This document shows positions 1 through 13,129 of a stretch of 64,000 bases of DNA, piece by piece. The translations under genes were made by a program, and so were the position numbers. Source of the DNA: Octopus sinensis (Eukaryota); contig NC_042998.1 of NCBI RefSeq assembly GCF_006345805.1, forward strand, positions 117,304,001 to 117,368,000, given 5' to 3'. The notes beneath the pieces were generated by a model that had not been told where the DNA came from, did no database searches, and was given only the letters and a program-made list of their open reading frames with translations. Numbering within the stretch: the first letter of the stretch is position 1; every line of letters begins with the position of its first letter.

Positions 1-228
1 CGTAAACGAATGGCCCTGCACAGATCCCAGATAAAAATTCCCCAAAACAGAAAAATAGCTTTTAGCCAACACATAGATACTTGCGCCAACAAAAAAACAC
101 CAAACTTCAGAATTTTCCCCCTCTACCAATTTAGGGACGATACAACCTCGAGACAAAGAATAAGTAAAGAAAATCTCTTTATTACAAAATACAAGCCACT
201 TCTTAACGGGTCTACGACAAACAATTAA
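1..228 (+). mobile_element. Penelope-like element, C-terminal part of GIY-YIG endonuclease (fragment)
   Basis: Translation ends FSQHIDTC...FRIFPLYQ...RQRISKENLFITKYKPLLN, the R..KE..FI....P.LN tail typical of PLE GIY-YIG domains. A same-strand hammerhead motif follows at 965-1002. Confidence 0.65.
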
Positions 229-372
229 TATACCTCACCTCAACTTTAGAATAAAAGAAAAAATATATATACACACACATACTATACTACACTCCATAGA
301 ATCCATTACTAATCAGCCCGCCCTCATAGCTATATTGTACACACCACCTTCATATTCTCCCTTCTCTGTTTT

Positions 373-601
373 TTCTTCTTCTTCTTCTTCCTCTTCTTCT
401 TCATCTTCATCATCATTATCATCATCATCATCGCGTCATCATCATCATCGCCACCATCATCACCACCATCTTCTCCTTCTTCCTCCTTCTTCTTCTTCTT
501 CTTCTTCTATCATCATCGTTATATCATCATCATCACCACCATCATCCATCATCTTCTTCCTTCTTCCTTCTCCTTCTCCTTCTCTTCTTCTTCTTCTTCT
601 T
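373..601. repeat. Compound (TCT)n/(TCA)n/(CAC)n microsatellite
   Basis: Directly visible triplet runs; explains the Ser/His/Leu-rich ORF 335-673. Confidence 0.95.
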
Positions 602-964
602 CTCTCTCCACCCCCCTACCCCTTAAGTTTGTCACTAATGTTTTTTAGTATAACACCTACGCTAATTCTATAAACAAGCCTGTCAATAAATATTCTCCTG
701 AATTGAACTGAGACTGCCAGCCGCCACTGACCATTCAAAATACGACCATCAGGGCACTCCCAGATTCTCCCACCCCCCCTCTTCCTCACCAGCCTTCCCT
801 CTACTACTACCCTACCAAGAACTCACAACTACCTCGAACACACAAGTGCAAACAAGGGAGTCAGAGAAAGGCAGAATGCCACTTAAATCTGAACACTACT
901 ATAGAAATATTCTTTTAAAAAAACTTTTCTTCTAATTTTTCTAAATTAAATTATTTAATCGTTA

Positions 965-1002
965 CAGTTGAAAAGGTCTCAAAATGACCGAAACCGGTAC
1001 TG
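965..1002 (+). ncRNA. Minimal type-I hammerhead ribozyme motif, U3-A8 core variant
   Basis: CAG|TTGAAAA|GGTC-tcaaaat-GACC|GAA|ACCGGT|A|CTG: stem I CAG/CTG, stem II 4 bp, palindromic stem III, NUH = GUA. Confidence 0.7.
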
Positions 1003-1289
1003 AAATGTTCACTATAAAATTATTTTAGCATTTTCTATTTTTTACTTGTTTTTTCATATATATATATATATATATATATAGTAGAAATATGTTACGAGGA
1101 GAAAATATAAAATACACGTGAAATGTAAGGGAAAATATGAAAAATCAACGAAAATGCATATTGCAAATAGAAAAAGACTCTTTATGACAGGTAGTGACAA
1201 ATATATACATTTAGATTGACTGAGATAGTAATACGAGTCATAAAGGTCATTATTATGAGATGATTATAAGATGATAATAAAATAAGAGA

Positions 1290-1708
1290 ACAAAATGAAC
1301 CAGTGATTTACGCGAAGGATATTCATCGTTTGAACAACACCGGTTAATATACGGTGTCAGGTCTAATAGTTCCTGAGGAAAAAGATTATTTGTAAGGGAG
1401 GTAAGTAGTTCTGGAATTAGAAATGTGAGTGATGTAGGTAGTGTATAGGGTTTAGCGGTTTCAATTGAAGAGTTAGTGGTGTTCTGTATTGAGTTGTGTG
1501 TTCATATTTAGTTGGGGGAGAAATTTGTTGATGAAAAATGTCCCTTTATTCAGCCTTTGTTGCATTGTGGTGTTCTGTGAGCATTGGTAAAAGGGAAATA
1601 TTTGGAGATTGGGATTAAGATTCCTGGCACATCTTTCTATGTGTTCACTCACCTTTAACTGTCTGTATTGTGTGTGACGGATTTGTGAATGGTGATTATT
1701 TGACGTTA
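1290..1708 (-). mobile_element. Penelope-like element fragment (GIY-YIG C-terminus plus 3' region)
   Basis: Minus strand of about 1500-1660 reads EHIERCARNLNPNLQIFPFYQCSQNTTMQQRLNKGTFFINKFLPQLN, homologous to the tail at 1-228. Confidence 0.55.
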
Positions 1709-1715
1709 TATATAT

Positions 1716-1767
<52 letters not shown>

Positions 1768-1800
1768 TGTCAAAGAATCACCATTCACAAATCCGTCACA
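1673..1800. repeat. 36-bp inverted repeat around an (AT)n tract
   Basis: 1673-1708 and 1765-1800 are reverse complements at 34/36 positions. Confidence 0.9.
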
Positions 1801-2163
1801 TCTCTCTAACCCCGAAACGCGTTTACATCTCTCTAACCCCGAAACGCTTATACAGTTAATCAGAGTCGGATGTGAATAGTTATTTTTTCCTCTTTACCTG
1901 CAAGTGTTGTTGATTATTGCTGTCTGGGAGATATCATGTGGTAGTAGAATAGTATTGTAACTGCTATTTCTAAATGTTCAGTATGTGGTGAAATAAATTA
2001 TACTGAACCATAATTATAAGTATGCTCATAATTATAGAACTTTTGTATAAGTTTACCGATAATGATTCTTTTATATACCGAACTACTTGGTAAAATTATT
2101 AATTATTAATTGATTAATTAATTTTTTCTCTTTACTGTTATTGATACACACACACACACACAC

Positions 2164-2225
<62 letters not shown>

Positions 2226-2228
2226 ACT

Positions 2229-2261
<33 letters not shown>

Positions 2262-3588
2262 TATATATTATATATATATACTCATACGTTTTCTTTGACT
2301 AAAATTCTACAAAGCTTTGCCCTAGCACAGTTGTAGTTTAATGACTGAGAGATATAAAAATTTATATATGTATGTTGTGTGCGTGATTGTTGTTGTGTGT
2401 GTGTATGTGTGTTTAGGAGTGTGTGTGTCTGTGATAGTCACAAGTACCAAATGAATAAATCTCAACGCAAATGTTAGTTCATGTAATAAAGTAGGGAGCT
2501 TTTAAATAGTCTTCATATTAAAATATATCTTTCCAGAAACGGAAAATAGCGAAACACACCTATTCAGCAATGGTAAAATATTAAATGGGCAGTTTGTTCA
2601 AGCAAAAATCTGTTTTTCAATAAAATCAACCTTAACAAATTAAGGGATAAATTATTAATACTTTATTGATGTCTAATCTCCATACTGTATTAACATAAAG
2701 CACGGCATTTACTCTCATTTACTCTAAGATTTTAAAACTTCTATATGCATGCAAGTCTCAAGATGAAACGTCAGACCACGGAAAAGTTAAAGGAGCTCCC
2801 AGATTTACGAGACACACATATTTATATGAACACAAGCTATTTAGTTTCTGATACAAGTGCTAGGTTTCAACTATTTTCTGGCAACGTAAACGGATGGTAC
2901 GAGTTATCAGCAGAAGAAAAAGTTAAATTTTACTCTGCCCCTCTATATATGCCCATATTGATGTGCTTGTAGGGAAATGAACGCTGAGCAAATCGTTTGT
3001 ATGAGCGCCTGACATGTTTAAGTAGAATACGAATCTAAATGAGTGACAAGCAGGAGTAGTTCGTGGGGCATCTGAATAAATCTGATACACAAACTATCGG
3101 TTTCCTTGGAGCATATGCGAGAGTACTATACAAGTGTTGGCAATGCACTAAAGCTTTCAAAATTCTCAAGGATGTGTGTATATATACACATAAAACTTAT
3201 ATAAAATTTTATAAAGTATTAATACCATTATTAGAAATAATAATGATAATAAAGTGGCCAGCACGTTTAACCTATACAGGCAAAATATACAAATAAATCA
3301 GGGTACCGGAATATCACTTACTAGAAGTAGGATTTAATACTCCAAAGGACAAATATTTCAATATTACGAAACACACGGTGAATCGAACGAATATAATACA
3401 AATAGGTCTTACTTTGTATAAAACACAAAGCAAGATTTGGTATCAACTGGTTTTATCGTTTATACGTTGGTATGTATATATATATTCATTCCCTTCGAAC
3501 TTGCTCTTAACGGATTTGAACTTTTGACTGTTCTTTCTAGTATGTAAAGTAACCTGCTAAGGGTCACCTCTTTTTGTGTTTTTTTATA

Positions 3589-3666
<78 letters not shown>

Positions 3667-3764
3667 ATATATATTATATATATATATAATATATATATAT
3701 ATAAGATATAATACCTGGCAGCTTGTTGGTAAAACAATATCACTTTCACAGTGTTCGTTATGTA

Positions 3765-4999
3765 CGAGGGGCGTTTAATAAGTAATGCCCCTGACCCACT
3801 TGCACTTATTCATACCTCTATAAATAAAGTGGCGAATTACAGCTCTGAACTAATTGTGGTTTCTGATTTACAGGTGTTTGATTTACAGTCAAGTGTGAAA
3901 TGGAGCCTGTTGAGTGTCGAGCAGTGATCTGTTTTTTGTATTTGAAAGGACGCACACCACGGGAGACTTTTGATGAAATGAAAGTAACTCATGGTGATGA
4001 TGCCCCATCATATGACCTTGTAAAACGCTGGCATTGTGAATTCAAACATAGTCGGAAGTCTGTGGAAACAGCTCCCAGATCTGGTCGCCCCCTTCTGCCG
4101 TTGATGAGACGTCTGTCCGTCAAGTTGAGGCTGCCATTTTGGAAGGTCAACGCATAACTATTCGTCAAATAGCCCATACGGTCAACATTAGTACCGGGTC
4201 TGTGGAAACTATCATTCATGACCATTTGCATATGCAAAAGGTGTCTGCCAGATGGATTTCCAGGTTGCTCACACCTTTCCAGAAGCAAGAACGCGTTGAG
4301 TGCTCGAGGATGAATTTGGAGATGTGCCAAGAAGATGAGTCAAAATTTTTCAAAAGGCTGATCACACAGGATAAAACCTGGGTCCATCACTATGATCCAT
4401 AGACCAAAGCCCAGTCAATGCAGTGAAAGCACCGTGACTCACCTCCAAAGAAGGCAAGGGTGCAGCCCTCCGCTGACAAGGTTATGCTCACAGTCTTCTG
4501 GGACCAGGACGGAGTAGTGATGACAGATTTCCTGGCAAAGGGTACCACAATTACAGGAGCCTATTATGCTTCACTTTTGAGGAAATTAAGAGAAGCTATC
4601 AAAATCAAGAGGCGGGGCAAGATCAGCAAAGGCATCCTCCTCCTGCAGGACAACGCTCCGGTCCACAACTCGCGTGTCGCCAGATCAGAAGCACAGGCGT
4701 GCAGCTATGAACTCCTCCCCTTGCACCTTCTGATTTTCACCTCTTCCCAGCCATGAAGTTGATTTTGAAAGGAAAGCGTTTCCCAGATGATGCAGCCTTG
4801 ATTTCTGAAGTCACGTCGTGGTTGGAGGACCAAGCTGGGGTCTTCTACAAAAACGGTCTCCAGAGCTGTATCAAACGATGGGGAAAATGCATAACTCTGG
4901 GTAGTTCCTATATAGGAAAAGACTAATAACTGTACCAAGTGTCGTTGCTCTAATGCTATGAGAAGTGGGTCAGGAGCATTACTTATTGAACGCCCCTTG
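3765..4999 (+). mobile_element. Mariner (Tc1/mariner, DD34D-type) transposon, full length, decayed
   Basis: 37-bp TIRs cgaggggcgtttaataagtaatgcccctgacccactt / aagtgggtcaggagcattacttattgaacgccccttg, with TA on the left and CA on the right. Transposase pieces in ORFs 3900-4157, 4139-4402 and 4460-4756 carry HTH, QDKTWVHHYDP, KVMLTVFWD and LLQDNAPVH motifs. Confidence 0.95.
3900..4925 (+). pseudogene. Mariner transposase pseudogene (frameshifts and stops)
   Basis: Consecutive transposase segments in different frames; in-frame TAG after YDP and TGA at about 4424. Confidence 0.9.
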
Positions 5000-5244
5000 C
5001 ATTCTCGTATCTTCCATGTTTCACCTCTCATTGACCAAATTTGTGTTTGTGTGTGTGAGTAGCAATATATTTAATAACATCAGTGGCAACTTATGTGTCT
5101 CAATGAATTTATAACTTGAATAGATATTTTCTGCCAGATGTAGATAGATTGAAAGATAGATAGATAGATAGAAAATACAACGAAAACAAACGAAAAAAAC
5201 AACAACGTGAGGACGTGGTACATGCAAGGTATTTGCAGATCCTC

Positions 5245-5310
5245 AGGGATGTTTCACGAGCAAAGCTATTCGTCAGAAACAGGAGACGGAGGAAAGTCCA
5301 GGAGAAAAGG
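5245..5310 (-). mobile_element. PLE terminal-repeat fragment with degenerate hammerhead
   Basis: Minus strand GTTT CTGACGA A TAGC-TTT-GCTC gt GAAAC. Stem II is mismatched, a 2-nt insertion precedes GAAA and stem I is lost. Confidence 0.5.
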
Positions 5311-7995
5311 AAAACAGATTAAAAAATCGCCAACGATCCACATGTGCTTACATATATAGGTGTGTGTGTATTTGTGTGTGTATGTTTGTGTGTGTATGTT
5401 CAGTAATATTAGTTTCAATTTGTACGAATGTGTACTAACTTTCGTATTAACAATCGACATATTTATCATGCATTAACAACTAATTTTTATAGATTCATAT
5501 TCAGATTTTATTACCTCTCCCTCTACTTATCATTTACATATTGTTTGGGAAAGAATATGCACCTGTCCACAATATCGCCTCCACAATTTTAGACATTCAT
5601 TGGTAGCTTTTCTCAGTTCTCGAATATGAAATTATTTTTGCATGAGCCATAACTATTCGCATTTCAAATACCAGTGTACATCTCTAAGTTTATCGTATAT
5701 ATTGCTATACCATTATTGATATTTCTTCGGCTATAGATTGGTTCTCTCAGTAAATAAAGTCTGATATGTATTTAAGATATATGAAGCTTTGATCTAAACA
5801 AACTTACCATATTTATACTCGATACGCGGTAATATTGGTAAACAAAGTATCATTATAATTCAGTATGAGTTAAATAATAGATTTGTGCGAGTCAACGATT
5901 GTGCAGATATGCAGTTGGGTGACTCCTACAGAGGGTTATGATGTTAGCATAGAAGAATAATTTTCGTTTTATGTTTTATATGATTCAAACATTATCTTGA
6001 GTTTTACATGATTATTCCCATCTGCGCGGCTCCTGAGGATACCCTTCGCACACAGGTCAAATTTCTCAGAACTCGAACAAGTAAAATAGATACTGGAAGG
6101 CGTCATCTGATATGTTAAAGCAATTTGAATTTATCTTTAGTCCTCGTATGAATAAAATGGATTGCTGATTTTGAGAGGAATTGGAATCGTGGTTCCGTGT
6201 GACGTAACACATTGCGCAAGATATTCTATCCAATCCAAGAAAAACATTCCGAAGTTTCTACTATTTCGTATTTATTATTATTTTTTTGTTTGTCTGGGTA
6301 TAAAATACGATATAAGCTATAAGCAATCATGTATGTGAATAAATAACAATGTTATATCTCAAGCTGTCCTACAAACCTGTCACCCTACATATTAGACATC
6401 GCAGCTCTAGATGCTCAACCTATGGACAAAATAATGCTCAACGTACAAAAAGATTCAGAGTGTTCACGACCATGTCACCGATCATTCTGTACATTCAGAA
6501 TCAAAGGTGGTATGACATTTAACAGGACCGAGTCATTCTAATTTTAACGTCGTTAATTGAACGAATTTCCTCGGTATTATTAATACACAAACACTATACG
6601 AATCCTAGAGTGGGCCTTTAAGTACCCGTTTCTCTGGCTAAAACATACAAATATAAAACAAATGAAATAAAGAGAGATGATAAACTTTTGTCATATGGTA
6701 TTGTACATTTGTAAAACAAAATCACGTTAATTAATGCATTCATATATACCACACCCAAAAAATATATGATTAAAAAATATGAAATATATTTAATCTTTAC
6801 ATGGTAGCATGGGCCATTAGATTTATTTATAAAATTAATCGGAGTAAATCTAGAATAACTTCCGCATACTTGTGTGCGTGTGAGTGTGTGTGTGTGTAGG
6901 CGGTTCGTCTGTGCATGTGCATGTGATCAGAGACATTTCTACACACACATACACACACGCATATATATATATATACATACATACATATATATATATATAC
7001 ATATACACATACATATATATACACACATACACACACACACACACATATATATATAAGGCGAATAAAGTTACGACATACTCTGGTTTTCATTATTGCATCT
7101 AAAAATGTTTTTATACAATGTTGAAGTGTGTAAGAAAATATTTTGAAGCAGTAAGAAAATATTTTGTAATGTTCATAAAGATCAATTTGTAGTAATCATC
7201 AGACTTCAAAATGCATTATTGACAGTTGAGTGCTTGACAACTGTAGTAAAATGACTGACTTCTTCCTTTTTATACCTTTTAGAAGGCTGCGACAGCCTGA
7301 ATTTTTCGAATAAAGTTTTAAGCAATCATCATGCAGCTTAAACAGCATGGATTTCCGGGCGTACCAATATTACTGGCATAGATTCTGCTTATAGTTTAAC
7401 CAATTATATTGCAGTTTACATGTAATGGTTTTATGAATGGGCAAATTTAGTTGGTTTCGAACGTTCCTTTTTTATTTCAATCCATGGGAGTCTCGTGTAA
7501 TTTGCTTATATTCATATGTTAAAGATATTTTTTATCCACATCATAAACTGGTTGTTATATTATTGTTGTTATTTCCCTTCAGAACAGGTTTAAACATATT
7601 AATAAAACGTTCTTCTTTTATCCTTCTCCGAACCTCACTTTTTTCATGTAGTTTGTTAAAGGAAAAGTTAGAAACATTTTCTTTCTACATCTTTCTATAT
7701 ATTCATCCAATGGAATTTGGCAAAAATTAGTGTTCCAGATTTGTTGTCTGTAAAGCCATGAGCGTTTCGATAAAGAATTCCCTGTCTCGCCAATATGTAG
7801 TTCCCATAATTAGGGCATTTAATGTAGTAGATTAAATTTCTGCTTTTGCAGTTCCTATGTGCAATTATGAAAATCTGTCGATTTATTATTTTTTGGGGGG
7901 TGGGGGTGTATATTCGATACTCATTTCCACATATTCGGAAAGATATATATATATATTCATGCATATATATATATATATATATATATTCATATATA

Positions 7996-8043
<48 letters not shown>

Positions 8044-8063
8044 TATATTCATACATACATACA

Positions 8064-8120
<57 letters not shown>

Positions 8121-8694
8121 GTATGTATGCATGTATGTATGTATGTATGTACATACATACAGAGACATTTATTTGTATGCATATACAGATCATTTATATC
8201 ATTTATGGCGTGTGTCCCTTTCACTAAATCGCACATCACCTCTACAAAATGATTTATGTTCGGTAATCACTAACATAATAAACACACATGCCTCATTCTC
8301 CCCGAAGCTAATCACATTCAGGCATATATCGGTCATATTTTTAACTATATTTTCACATACCTGCTTTTTCATGATTTTATTAAAGATGTACAGATTTCGT
8401 GTTACTTGCATTGTGTCATTAGAAATAAAAAAAATATAATACATATGCATACTTGGCATTTTCCCCCTACCAATATAGTAACAAGTACAGTTAGAGCAAA
8501 ATATCCTTGTTCAAAATTATGACGTTTAATTATCCGCTTCACCTCAGAAATTTAAATAAAAAAAAAACATTCTAATTCATATTAAATGGTTATTGCTTTA
8601 TAAGAACTCGCTTATTTTTGTCATTTCCTACCCACCATTATAATCTCTTATTTCTTCCGCTCCTTAACATAAACAAACCCACATATGTACACAC

Positions 8695-8745
<51 letters not shown>

Positions 8746-9485
8746 ATACCTCATAATCACCCAACTTGAATGAAGACAATCATATATACATAACATAGAA
8801 TTACATACATCGAAAAGTGGACAGGAATGTATATTACAATTTGAAATTGAAAATAACTATGTTATTTATAATAAAATATATATAAATTACAAAGAATGAA
8901 AAATGCATCATTTCTTGACGATATATCATTTCTTCTCAGTGTTGTTACAAACAACACAGATAATGTAGTTTTTATGCATATATATATATATTATATATAT
9001 ATATATATTATATATATATATATATATCTTGGCAGTTATTATGTTGTTTGTCATACCCACTTTCAGATAAAACCTTTAAGATGAAACGCTTCCTTGCCGG
9101 CGTAGCCGTTTCATATCCTTTTGATTACATTGCTATCATTGTTTACAGTTACATTTCTTCAACAAACTGGGCTGTTTTTTGTGTGTGTTTTTGTTCTATG
9201 AATGTTTAAGCAATTTAAACAAAATGTCACATTTCATAATATTTATTACTAAAATGAGAAAATATATTCGAAAAATAGTATATGTGTACACGCATGTATG
9301 CATATACTTCTATATATATGTGCGTGTGCGAGTGTGTGCGTTTGTGAGTGCATGTGTGTACGCCGTGTATGTGTTTGCATGTATGTATGCGTGTGTGTTT
9401 GTGTTTCTGTGTGAACTATAGATAAAACGCCTAAATATAAATTTGGATTTAAATATGAATTACATATTTATTTTTGCGTGTATAA

Positions 9486-9552
<67 letters not shown>

Positions 9553-9559
9553 GTATTGG

Positions 9560-9591
<32 letters not shown>

Positions 9592-10289
9592 ATATGTGTA
9601 TTGGTATATATTATATTAAATATATTATAGTTATAGACATAGACATTTGGTTAAAATTTAATAACAAACCAACAGCAGATAAACACACTGCAAGCTTAGG
9701 AACCAAATTGGAAATTTGTAATGTAATTGATATATCCTAGTACAAACAGAGATATTAAAACCAATGACATCCAATCTGTAGTTGCGCTGGCACAAAACCC
9801 TACCATAATTTCACCATGCCCTTAGATCATAAACAAATTACAACGGACAACGAGAGCGTCGTGAAATATATATAGATATAATGTCATTTCAGGATGCTAC
9901 ATCCACATTATATACGAATCTCCCCAAATTAGAAGATTAATAATAGAAAAACATTACTCATAACACTACAAGTTGCTTAGATAAACACACGTCAAACGCA
10001 AAATAAATATTGAATAATTGCGTGTAAACTAAATATTAAATTAGAAAAAAATGCAAAATCATTTAAAGTATCAGGCAAAATGTCTACAAAAATCAATTTG
10101 GCTTTCATAAAATGAGGCAGTCACAGACACAAATATCACTTGGCATTATGATCATTAGAGGATGCAAGTCTAGAATATAAGGATTATAATTGAGTATAAG
10201 AATTATAATGTGTTTTCGTTCTAAACAAACTGTAATATACTTATACCAACCGCATGAGAAGACCACTAAACTATAAATTGAAAACGCTA

Positions 10290-10468
10290 CAGGCTTGGTT
10301 GCGTGATTCGAAATTTGCTTCCTAACTACATCGTTCCAGTTCGACAGTTCGACTGCGTGAGACCTTGAGCAAGTGTCTTCTAATATAGCCTTCTACAATA
10401 GTCATCTACTAGAGCCTCGACCACATGAGTATATTTGGGGAAAAGAAACTGGAACTAGCCAGTCGAAT
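10290..10468 (+). mobile_element. Degraded tRNA-type SINE, 5' half
   Basis: Shares ccttgrgcaagtgtcttct.ctatagcc with the copies at 17690-17820 and 57295-57590. Confidence 0.6.
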
Positions 10469-11482
10469 ATACATATATATACACATATATATATCTATAT
10501 ATATATAAAACTGAGAATGTCTGTCTGTCTGTCTGTCTGTGTGTTTCCCTAAAACTTGAGAACTACACAACCAACTTCATTCAAATTTTACACATGCCTT
10601 ACTTAAGGTCCGGTGAGTGTCATCGGCAAAATATCTTAACTTTTTCCCTTGGGCGACCCCACAGCAATATCATATCTTCTCCACTATTTCAGTATTACGT
10701 GTTAAATGTGAAACAAAAACATCTCTCTTTTGTAATGCAGACACTTTCACTATTAAAGTGAAAGTATTATATAACAGGGATGAAGCATTAACAATGGTCA
10801 TCCATTTTGCTAGAAGAATATCCTCTATGGTCTTATATGCTATACCACTGGTTTTCAATTAATATTAATCAAATTAATATTCAATTTTTCACCCTTATTA
10901 TATGTGTGTGTATTAGCAATGCGTATAAAATTGCATCAATGACTTGAACTTGAATAAGTGGTTTCACATAAATGGGGATAAATTAAAAAGTTTTGTTATT
11001 GTTATTACTGTTTGACTATTGTAATCACGTTTGTTGGTTCCACATCAGGGAAACGTTGTTGTGTTGCATTTGTTAAATAATTTTAAACCGTAAGAGAAGG
11101 GGCTTTGGTTATTGTTTAAAAATTGAATTGTGTCCCTACTTGGGGAAATTAACAATAGTTTCACCGTCTTTACGGAAGCCTTTTTGTTAAAATGCCTTCG
11201 ATAGAAGAAAGTCCAAAAATGAATTTCGCTGCAGCCGTACACTTCTATACAAGAGGGAGGACCTAGATCCAATTGATCGAAATTGCAAGAGACGGGCCTA
11301 CAATTCCAGTCTATTATATGTTTTGAGTATTGTTATCACTAGCGATATCAAGATATAAATTTGTATGTTGTATTTTATGTGTAGATGTCTATATATAGAT
11401 GTACATGTAATATGTACACATATATACATGCATAATATATCTACCCATACACACATACGCACACACACATACACACATACAT

Positions 11483-11548
11483 TGGGGCAGATGTGGCTGT
11501 GTGGTAACAAACTACGTTCCAAACACATGGTCCTGGGTTCAGTCCAAG
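11483..11548 (+). mobile_element. tRNA-type SINE head inside the Helitron
   Basis: gtggctgtgtggtaa (A box) ... gggttcagtcc (B box), truncated where helicase homology starts. Confidence 0.65.
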
Positions 11549-12390
11549 CATGCCTAAAGTCCTCTACCCTGTGGCATAATGTTACAATCCTCAGTCTCAC
11601 TACTAACATGAGAGCTCAGCTACACGGCGACAAAATGTCCACAAAGTTTGCACAGAACATTTTAACACTTGGTGAAGGCAAGATGCCTCTCGATGCTGCC
11701 GCACAAATGGAAGTGTGGTCACTTTCCGCTGTTGTTAATTCATTAGATGACCTCAAAAACAAAGTATTTCCCAATTTCACACAAAACTACCAAAATCACA
11801 ATTGGCTGTGTGAAAGAGCAATATTAGCTCCAAAAAACGTCGTTGTTAAGAAAATTAATCAACAGCTAATGCATTCTCTTCCCGGCACTATACACACTTA
11901 CAAGTCTGTTGATACAATTCCAGATATAAATGAAGTTGTGAACTATCCTCCTGACTTTCTCAATTTACTGGAGCCTCCTGGACTACCTCCACACATATTA
12001 GCACTTAAAGTTGGAACTCCTGTAATGCTACTCCGCAATCTGGAACCACTAAGACTTTCCAATGGAACACGACTGGTGATAAAGAAAATGATGTCACACG
12101 TTATCGAGGTGATCATTCTTTCTGGATGTGGAAAAGGTGATGACGCCTTTATTCCAAGAATTCCTCTTACTCCATCAGGAGCAGAAATTCCATTTACATT
12201 CAGAATACTGCAATTCCCCCTTCGTGTCAGCTCTGCCATGTCAATTAACAAATCTCAGGGCCAAACCCTCTCTGTAGCTGGTCTTCTCTTGGAAGAGCCC
12301 TGTTTCTCGCATGGGCAACTGTATGTTGGCTGCTCAAGAGTAGGAACCAAAAGAAACCTTTTTGTATATCTCCACAACGAGTTGTTATAA
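11548..12390 (+). pseudogene. Helitron RepHel PIF1-family helicase, C-terminal fragment
   Basis: Open frame with LTTNMR, ERAILAPKN, GLPPHILALKVGTPVMLLRNL, NGTRL, FIPRIPL, QFPL...AMSINKSQGQTL, FSHGQLYVGCSRV. Rep domain and N-terminal helicase motifs are absent. Confidence 0.92.
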
Positions 12391-12620
12391 TCTCAACAGC
12401 CAGGAGGTATATACATGATCCCCTTTTTTTTAACAAACTTCATGTACTGTTATGTATTTATATTAATATACATATATGTGTGTGTGTCTATATATATATT
12501 TAACAGAAAAGTCTAATTCTTCAATTGAATGTAACCGGGCAACGCCGGGTATCTCTTCTAGTATATATACATATACATGAAAAAATGCAAGCATGAAAAC
12601 TAATATTCTTAAGATTATAA

Positions 12621-12951
12621 ACCTGGAAAAGTACGGGACAAGTTATTACACCTGTAAACGTATAGGACAAACTACTACCTCAAGTAAAATAAAGAATAAT
12701 AAACTTTTTACTTAAAATATTGCACCAAAGAATGCCACTTCTTCTATTTTATCACTCTTTAGAGTTTTCATCTTTTATTGCGTAAAACTGTTCAGCTAAT
12801 TTGCAAGTTTTTCTAATTAGTCACTATTTTCGGTATTTAAATTAGAAAAGTAGCCAAAGTGTACTTAAATATGTTTCTTAATCTTTACTTGAAGTAATAG
12901 CTTGTCCTATACTCTCACAGGTGTAATAACTTGTCCTGTACTTTTCCAGGT
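12621..12951. mobile_element. MITE with ~70-bp TIRs and probable TAA target duplication (PIF/Harbinger-like)
   Basis: acctggaaaagtacgggacaagttattacacctgt...tcaagtaaa is mirrored at 12882-12951; TAA at 12618-12620 and 12952-12954; no coding capacity. Confidence 0.7.
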
Positions 12952-13129
12952 TAATAATCATGATTTTTCCAGATATTACTGTTATAAGATAAGTAATAAC
13001 GTGACAATAATTTCAGATTTTATCTTATAAAATACTGAAAAATAATATTTCAATTTATCCATGTTGAATTTAAATATACGTTGTGATTGAATTATTTGAT
13101 ATTACCCATCTACACGAAATTTATGGCAG

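Larger units (their letters stand above)
10494..12561 (+). mobile_element. Internally deleted Helitron
   Basis: 5' A^TCTATATATATAAAACTG; 3' hairpin ccgggcaacgccggg followed by CTAG^T; internal PIF1-helicase coding fragment. Confidence 0.8.

Noticed and set aside
2745-3430. ORFs 2745-2972 and 3063-3296 as a gene or PLE remnant
   Set aside because: Only vague GIY-YIG-like hints; no motif could be aligned convincingly.
11141-11200. Hammerhead-like stems on the minus strand (TTAACA/TGTTAA, CCGT/ACGG, GAAAC)
   Set aside because: The core between stems I and II (AAAAGGC) does not match any 3-9 consensus.
11365-11547. N-terminal part of the 341-aa ORF
   Set aside because: It runs through (CA)n/(TA)n and a SINE head. 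The open frame is fortuitous; helicase homology starts only at about 11548, so this is not a host PIF1 gene.
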